In this document: positions 7,346 through 10,064 of the stretch, piece by piece
Layout: every line of letters starts with the position of its first letter
Numbering within the stretch: position 1 is the stretch's first letter
NCBI RefSeq assembly: GCF_050015995.1
Contig: NZ_JBNHEP010000288.1
Span: forward strand, 19,547 to 29,610
Origin: Dapis sp. BLCC M229
GTDB taxonomy: Bacteria > Cyanobacteriota > Cyanobacteriia > Cyanobacteriales > Microcoleaceae
Direction of reading: 5' to 3'
Length of the DNA stretch: 10,064 nt
Notes under the pieces: generated by a model
Seen by the model: only the letters and a program-made list of their open reading frames with translations
Told to the model about the DNA's origin: nothing
Databases searched by the model: none
Position numbers and translations under genes: made by a program

Positions 7346-7795
7346 TTGATTATTTAAAAGTCGCTGATAATCTTCTCTTTGTCGAATATCATCTAATGGT
7401 GATTCTGGTTGTGGAGGTTCATCATAAAATAATTCAAATTCCATAGTTTGAATACTAGCATTTTTGAGTATGACTTGAATTCTCAGCTTACCAGGTTTCC
7501 AAATTTTAGAACCAAGTTTTAATATCTTGCACTCAATACCTTCTATAGGAAAAATTAACTTGATATTTCCGAAAGTAATTCCTACTTCATTTTCAATAAT
7601 TTCTAGCCTTTGTTCAAAAAGTCAAGAGGCAATTTGCTTAGAACTATTTGTGTCTTTATCTACATATCGCTTCCAGAATCTATCTCTAATTTTTTTCCCT
7701 GCTAACTCCTTAAACCGTTCAACAGTAAAAATATCCTTCCCAATCATTAAAAAAATATCAGCATCAAATTCTAAAGGTTCAAATGTATTAGTCAT
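7346..7795 (-). pseudogene. Hypothetical protein gene interrupted by a single in-frame TGA at 7622-7624 (minus strand). Either a nonsense-mutated pseudogene or a sequencing error.
   Basis: Manual minus-strand translation from the ATG at 7793-7795 gives MTNTFEPLEFDADIFLMIGKDIFTVERFKELAGKKIRDRFWKRYVDKDTNSSKQIAS, then a TGA stop. The same frame continues with LFEQRLEIIENEVGITFGNIKLIFPIEGIECKILKLGSKIWKPGKLRIQVILKNASIQTMEFELFYDEPPQPESPLDDIRQREDYQRLLNNQ and ends at the TAA at 7343-7345. The product is about 150 codons with protein-like composition and only one stop. The plus-strand ORF 7527-7820 that overlaps it is low complexity. Confidence 0.45.
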
Positions 7796-7965
7796 AATAT
7801 CCGAGCAAACTTTTATCTAGTTAAGAATAACACAATACTTTCACAAATATAAAATGTATTTGTACAGTTTCCTTATTTTATAAAATAACAACAAAGCCAA
7901 ATTTTATATTCACCAATTTCAAACAATACTTATCCGATAATTGGTAGTGGCAGACTGTTTATACC

Positions 7966-9381
7966 CTATCCTCTAATTTTTTCCAGAGTAATTTCCTTCA
8001 ATAATTCCCGATTAATTTTTCCTTGAGAATTACGAGGTAAGCTTTCAACCTTTAGCCAATATTTAGGTTGTTTAAATTTGGTCAATTTTCCATCAATAGC
8101 AACTAACAATTTTTCCCTAGAAACTTCAAAATTATTACCAACATAAACAGCAGTTACAACTTCACCCCAATATTTATCAGCTAAACCAATTACACAAACA
8201 TCAGTAACTAACCCAGTTGCTAAAATAGCAGCTTCCACTTCTGCCGGAAAAACATTTTCCCCACCAGTAATAATTTTTTGACTGCTACGACCTACTATTT
8301 TTAAGTAACCTTGATCATCAAAAAATCCTAAATCATCCGTTGCTAAACTTTCATAATTCTTAAATATATTAGGATAATATCCTAAGGCTAAAGAATTAGC
8401 TTGAATACTAATATTACCAATTTTATTATGACTTAATATCTCCCGATTTTCATTTTTAACGATAATTTTAGCGTGAGGTAATACTTGACCGTTACTATTA
8501 TTTCCTGCTAAAAAATCTTCTGGTTTAAGAGTCGCAACTTGAGAAGCAGTTTCTGTCATTCCATAAGTTGGAGCTAATTTAATCTGATATTTTCTTGCTG
8601 CATTAAATAATTCTTCCCAAGCAGCGGCACCACCTAAAAGCACTGTCTGAAAATTTGATAACCAATTAGCTATTTCTGCATTTTGTAGCAAATTTTGTAA
8701 CTGGGTTGGCACCAGGGAAATGAAAAAATCATTGGGGTTAATATTCCATTCCTTTTTGTCGAAAATTTCTTTATAGGATGGCAAAATTACTAGATTTCCC
8801 TCAGTGGTAAAAGAGCGCATAAACTGCATTAAACCACTGACATGATATAGGGGTAAAACACAAAATGAATTAATTTGTTGTACTTGAAAATATTCTTGGA
8901 AACCTCTAACCGATGATATTAAAGTTTCCCATGTATGAATAGCAAATTTAATTTTTCCAGATGATCCACCAGTAGGAATCATAATCAAATTTTTTTCATT
9001 AGGGAGATTTTTTTTCCAGGGATTATCTGTAGGCAACCTAGATGTTTTTTCTAAACTCCCTTCTAGAAATTTATGGTTAAGGATATTTCCCAAAATTATG
9101 TCTGGTTGTACTGATTGTAAAACTTGTTCCCATTCCAATTTTCCCCAGTTAGGATTACATAAAAATACTTGACAACTAGCGCCAACAGCAGCAATAAAAC
9201 TGGCAATAAATTCTGTTGGTTTTAGTTCTGATATTAATACTTTGCTTGGAGTTTCTGGATTTGTTATTTTGATTAACTCGGCAAATTTTTTCTCGGCAAG
9301 ACAAGAAAATTTAGTAGAGGTAAAGAAGTTGGTATCTCTTTTGAGTTGGTATTGTTTTAGGTAGTTAAAAATTTGCTTCAT
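7966..9381 (-). CDS. menE: o-Succinylbenzoate-CoA ligase (MenE; AMP-dependent synthetase/ligase, short-N-domain type)
   Basis: 471 aa, colinear with E. coli MenE. IPTGGSSGKIKFAIHTW matches the phosphate-binding loop TSGSTGLPK. LVPTQLQNLL matches LVPTQLWRLL. LLGGAAAWEELFNAARKYQIKLAPTYGMTETASQV matches LLGGAAIPVELTEQAREQGIRCFCGYGLTEFAST. GGENVFPAEVEAAI...VIGLADKYWGE matches GGEGIQPEEVERVI...VPVADKEFGH. Its length is typical of MenE and shorter than FadD-type ligases. It sits next to a hotdog thioesterase. Confidence 0.8.
   Translation of the reverse strand: MKQIFNYLKQYQLKRDTNFFTSTKFSCLAEKKFAELIKITNPETPSKVLISELKPTEFIASFIAAVGASCQVFLCNPNWGKLEWEQVLQSVQPDIILGNILNHKFLEGSLEKTSRLPTDNPWKKNLPNEKNLIMIPTGGSSGKIKFAIHTWETLISSVRGFQEYFQVQQINSFCVLPLYHVSGLMQFMRSFTTEGNLVILPSYKEIFDKKEWNINPNDFFISLVPTQLQNLLQNAEIANWLSNFQTVLLGGAAAWEELFNAARKYQIKLAPTYGMTETASQVATLKPEDFLAGNNSNGQVLPHAKIIVKNENREILSHNKIGNISIQANSLALGYYPNIFKNYESLATDDLGFFDDQGYLKIVGRSSQKIITGGENVFPAEVEAAILATGLVTDVCVIGLADKYWGEVVTAVYVGNNFEVSREKLLVAIDGKLTKFKQPKYWLKVESLPRNSQGKINRELLKEITLEKIRG
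9224..9290. repeat. Direct-repeat copy A (inside the menE 5' coding region) of a roughly 70-bp diverged duplication; partner at 9385-9450, offset 161 bp
   Basis: ttagttctgatattaatactttgcttggagtttctggatttgttattttgattaactcggcaaa at 9224-9290 matches ttagttctgatattaatattttgcttagggtttctagataggaggttttgattaagtgaattgtaaa at 9385-9450, including an 18-bp perfect core. Confidence 0.8.
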
Positions 9382-9384
9382 AAA

Positions 9385-9450
9385 TTAGTTCTGATATTAA
9401 TATTTTGCTTAGGGTTTCTAGATAGGAGGTTTTGATTAAGTGAATTGTAA
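9385..9450. repeat. Direct-repeat copy B, immediately upstream of the menE start codon (9379-9381 on the minus strand)
   Basis: See copy A. About 80% identity over about 68 bp, colinear. Confidence 0.8.
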
Positions 9451-9454
9451 AAAA

Positions 9455-10064
9455 GACTATAAATTTCTACTTCTGACTTAATTTTATCTGAGACCAGAGA
9501 AGATTTTGTCGGCAAAATTAGCTGAGGAGCAAAATATTTCATCTGCCACAACTATATGAGGTAAAGTTCAACTCCCTTAAATAGATACAGACTCGAAATT
9601 TCTACTTCTAACTTAATTTTTTCTCAGACAACAGAACATTTGTTGGTCAAATTAGCTGAGGAGCAAAATATTTTATCTGCCACAACTATATAGATAAAGT
9701 TCGACTCCCTCAAACAAATACAGACTCGAAATTTCTACTTCTAACTTAATTTTTTCTCAGACAACAGAACATTTGTTGGTCAAATTAGCTGAGGAGCAAA
9801 ATATTTTATCTGCCACAACTATATAGATAAAGTTCGACTCCCTCAAACAAATACAGACTCGAAATTTCTACTTCTAACTTAATTTTTTCTCAGACAACAG
9901 AACATTTGTTGGTCAAATTAGCTGAGGAGCAAAATATTTTATCTGCCACAACTATATAGATAAAGTTCGACTCCCTCAAACAAATACAGACTCGAAATTT
10001 CTACTTCTGCCTGAATTTTCTCTCAAACCAGAGAAGATTTTGCCAGAGAAATTAGCTGAGGAGC
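9455..10064. repeat. 133-bp tandem repeat array, at least 4.6 copies, running off the right edge of the window. Three identical internal copies flanked by diverged edge copies.
   Basis: Unit starts at 9455, 9588, 9721, 9854 and 9987, period exactly 133. Copies 2-4 are identical (cagactcgaaatttctacttctaacttaattttttctcagacaacagaacatttgttggtcaaattagctgaggagcaaaatattttatctgccacaactatatagataaagttcgactccctcaaacaaata). Copies 1 and 5 are a diverged variant (...ctgagaccagagaagattttgtcggcaaaattagctgaggagc...). 133 is not a multiple of 3 and neither strand has an ORF. Each unit contains an imperfect hairpin, gacaacagaacatttgttggtc, nested in ctcag...ctgag. Confidence 0.9.

Noticed and set aside
7622-7624. 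In-frame TGA as selenocysteine or programmed recoding
   Set aside because: No SECIS-like stem-loop is evident immediately downstream, and the context (S-stop-L) shows no Cys or Sec-type active-site pattern. A nonsense mutation or a sequencing error is more parsimonious, though not excluded.
7527-7820. 97-aa plus-strand ORF from the six-frame track
   Set aside because: Low-complexity (Ser, Ile and Phe-rich) reading of the strand opposite a far more protein-like minus-strand frame (7346-7795). It is most likely a shadow ORF.
9690-9720. tRNA-like T-arm motif (aagttcgactccc, which resembles GGTTCGAnTCC) inside each 133-bp unit
   Set aside because: The flanking bases do not form a T-stem or an acceptor stem, and no CCA, anticodon arm or D-arm can be built. 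The motif match is isolated.
9455-10064. CRISPR array interpretation of the tandem repeats
   Set aside because: The units are 133 bp and directly abutting, with no unique spacers between short repeats. That is satellite-like architecture, not CRISPR repeat-spacer architecture.

Overview
The window is AT-rich with low coding density, about 59% in recognisable genes. It carries four copies of the HIP1 palindrome GCGATCGC, at 904-911, 1799-1806, 2990-2997 and 5137-5144. Together with the large repeat-laden intergenic tracts, this points to a low-GC filamentous cyanobacterium of the Trichodesmium type; that taxonomic call is an inference from composition, not a search result.

Gene content, left to right:
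- A decayed homolog of the eukaryotic major vault protein (MVP) at about 609-1951 (+). It is split over three reading frames by an out-of-frame internal deletion and a +1 frameshift, and it has no in-frame start codon.
- A TMEM14/UPF0136-type four-helix membrane protein at 2685-3023 (-).
- About 1 kb with no ORFs on either strand (3024-4052).
- A COG2607/DUF815 AAA+ ATPase with a roughly 190-aa N-terminal extension at 4053-5360 (+), followed by a small TerB-like protein at 5562-6008 (+).
- A 4HBT-type hotdog thioesterase at 6456-6872 (+), probably the cyanobacterial 1,4-dihydroxy-2-naphthoyl-CoA hydrolase, followed by a tiny hydrophobic ORF at 6901-7131 (+).
- A coherent roughly 150-codon minus-strand reading frame at 7346-7795, broken by a single in-frame TGA.
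- An o-succinylbenzoate-CoA ligase (menE) at 7966-9381 (-).

Repeat structures:
- A 55-bp perfect direct repeat at 1-55 and 266-320.
- A roughly 465-bp AT-rich segment at 2090-2554, bounded by 17-bp perfect inverted repeats, with a nested 20-bp inverted-repeat pair and a (TAATTAAA)4 microsatellite; it looks MITE-like.
- A 15-mer tandem duplication at 3425-3454.
- A diverged roughly 70-bp duplication of menE 5' coding sequence, copied immediately upstream of the menE start codon.
- A 133-bp tandem array of at least 4.6 copies from 9455 to the window end, with identical internal copies and diverged edge copies.

I found no rRNA, tRNA or CRISPR array. All protein assignments come from recalled family motifs, not from database searches.
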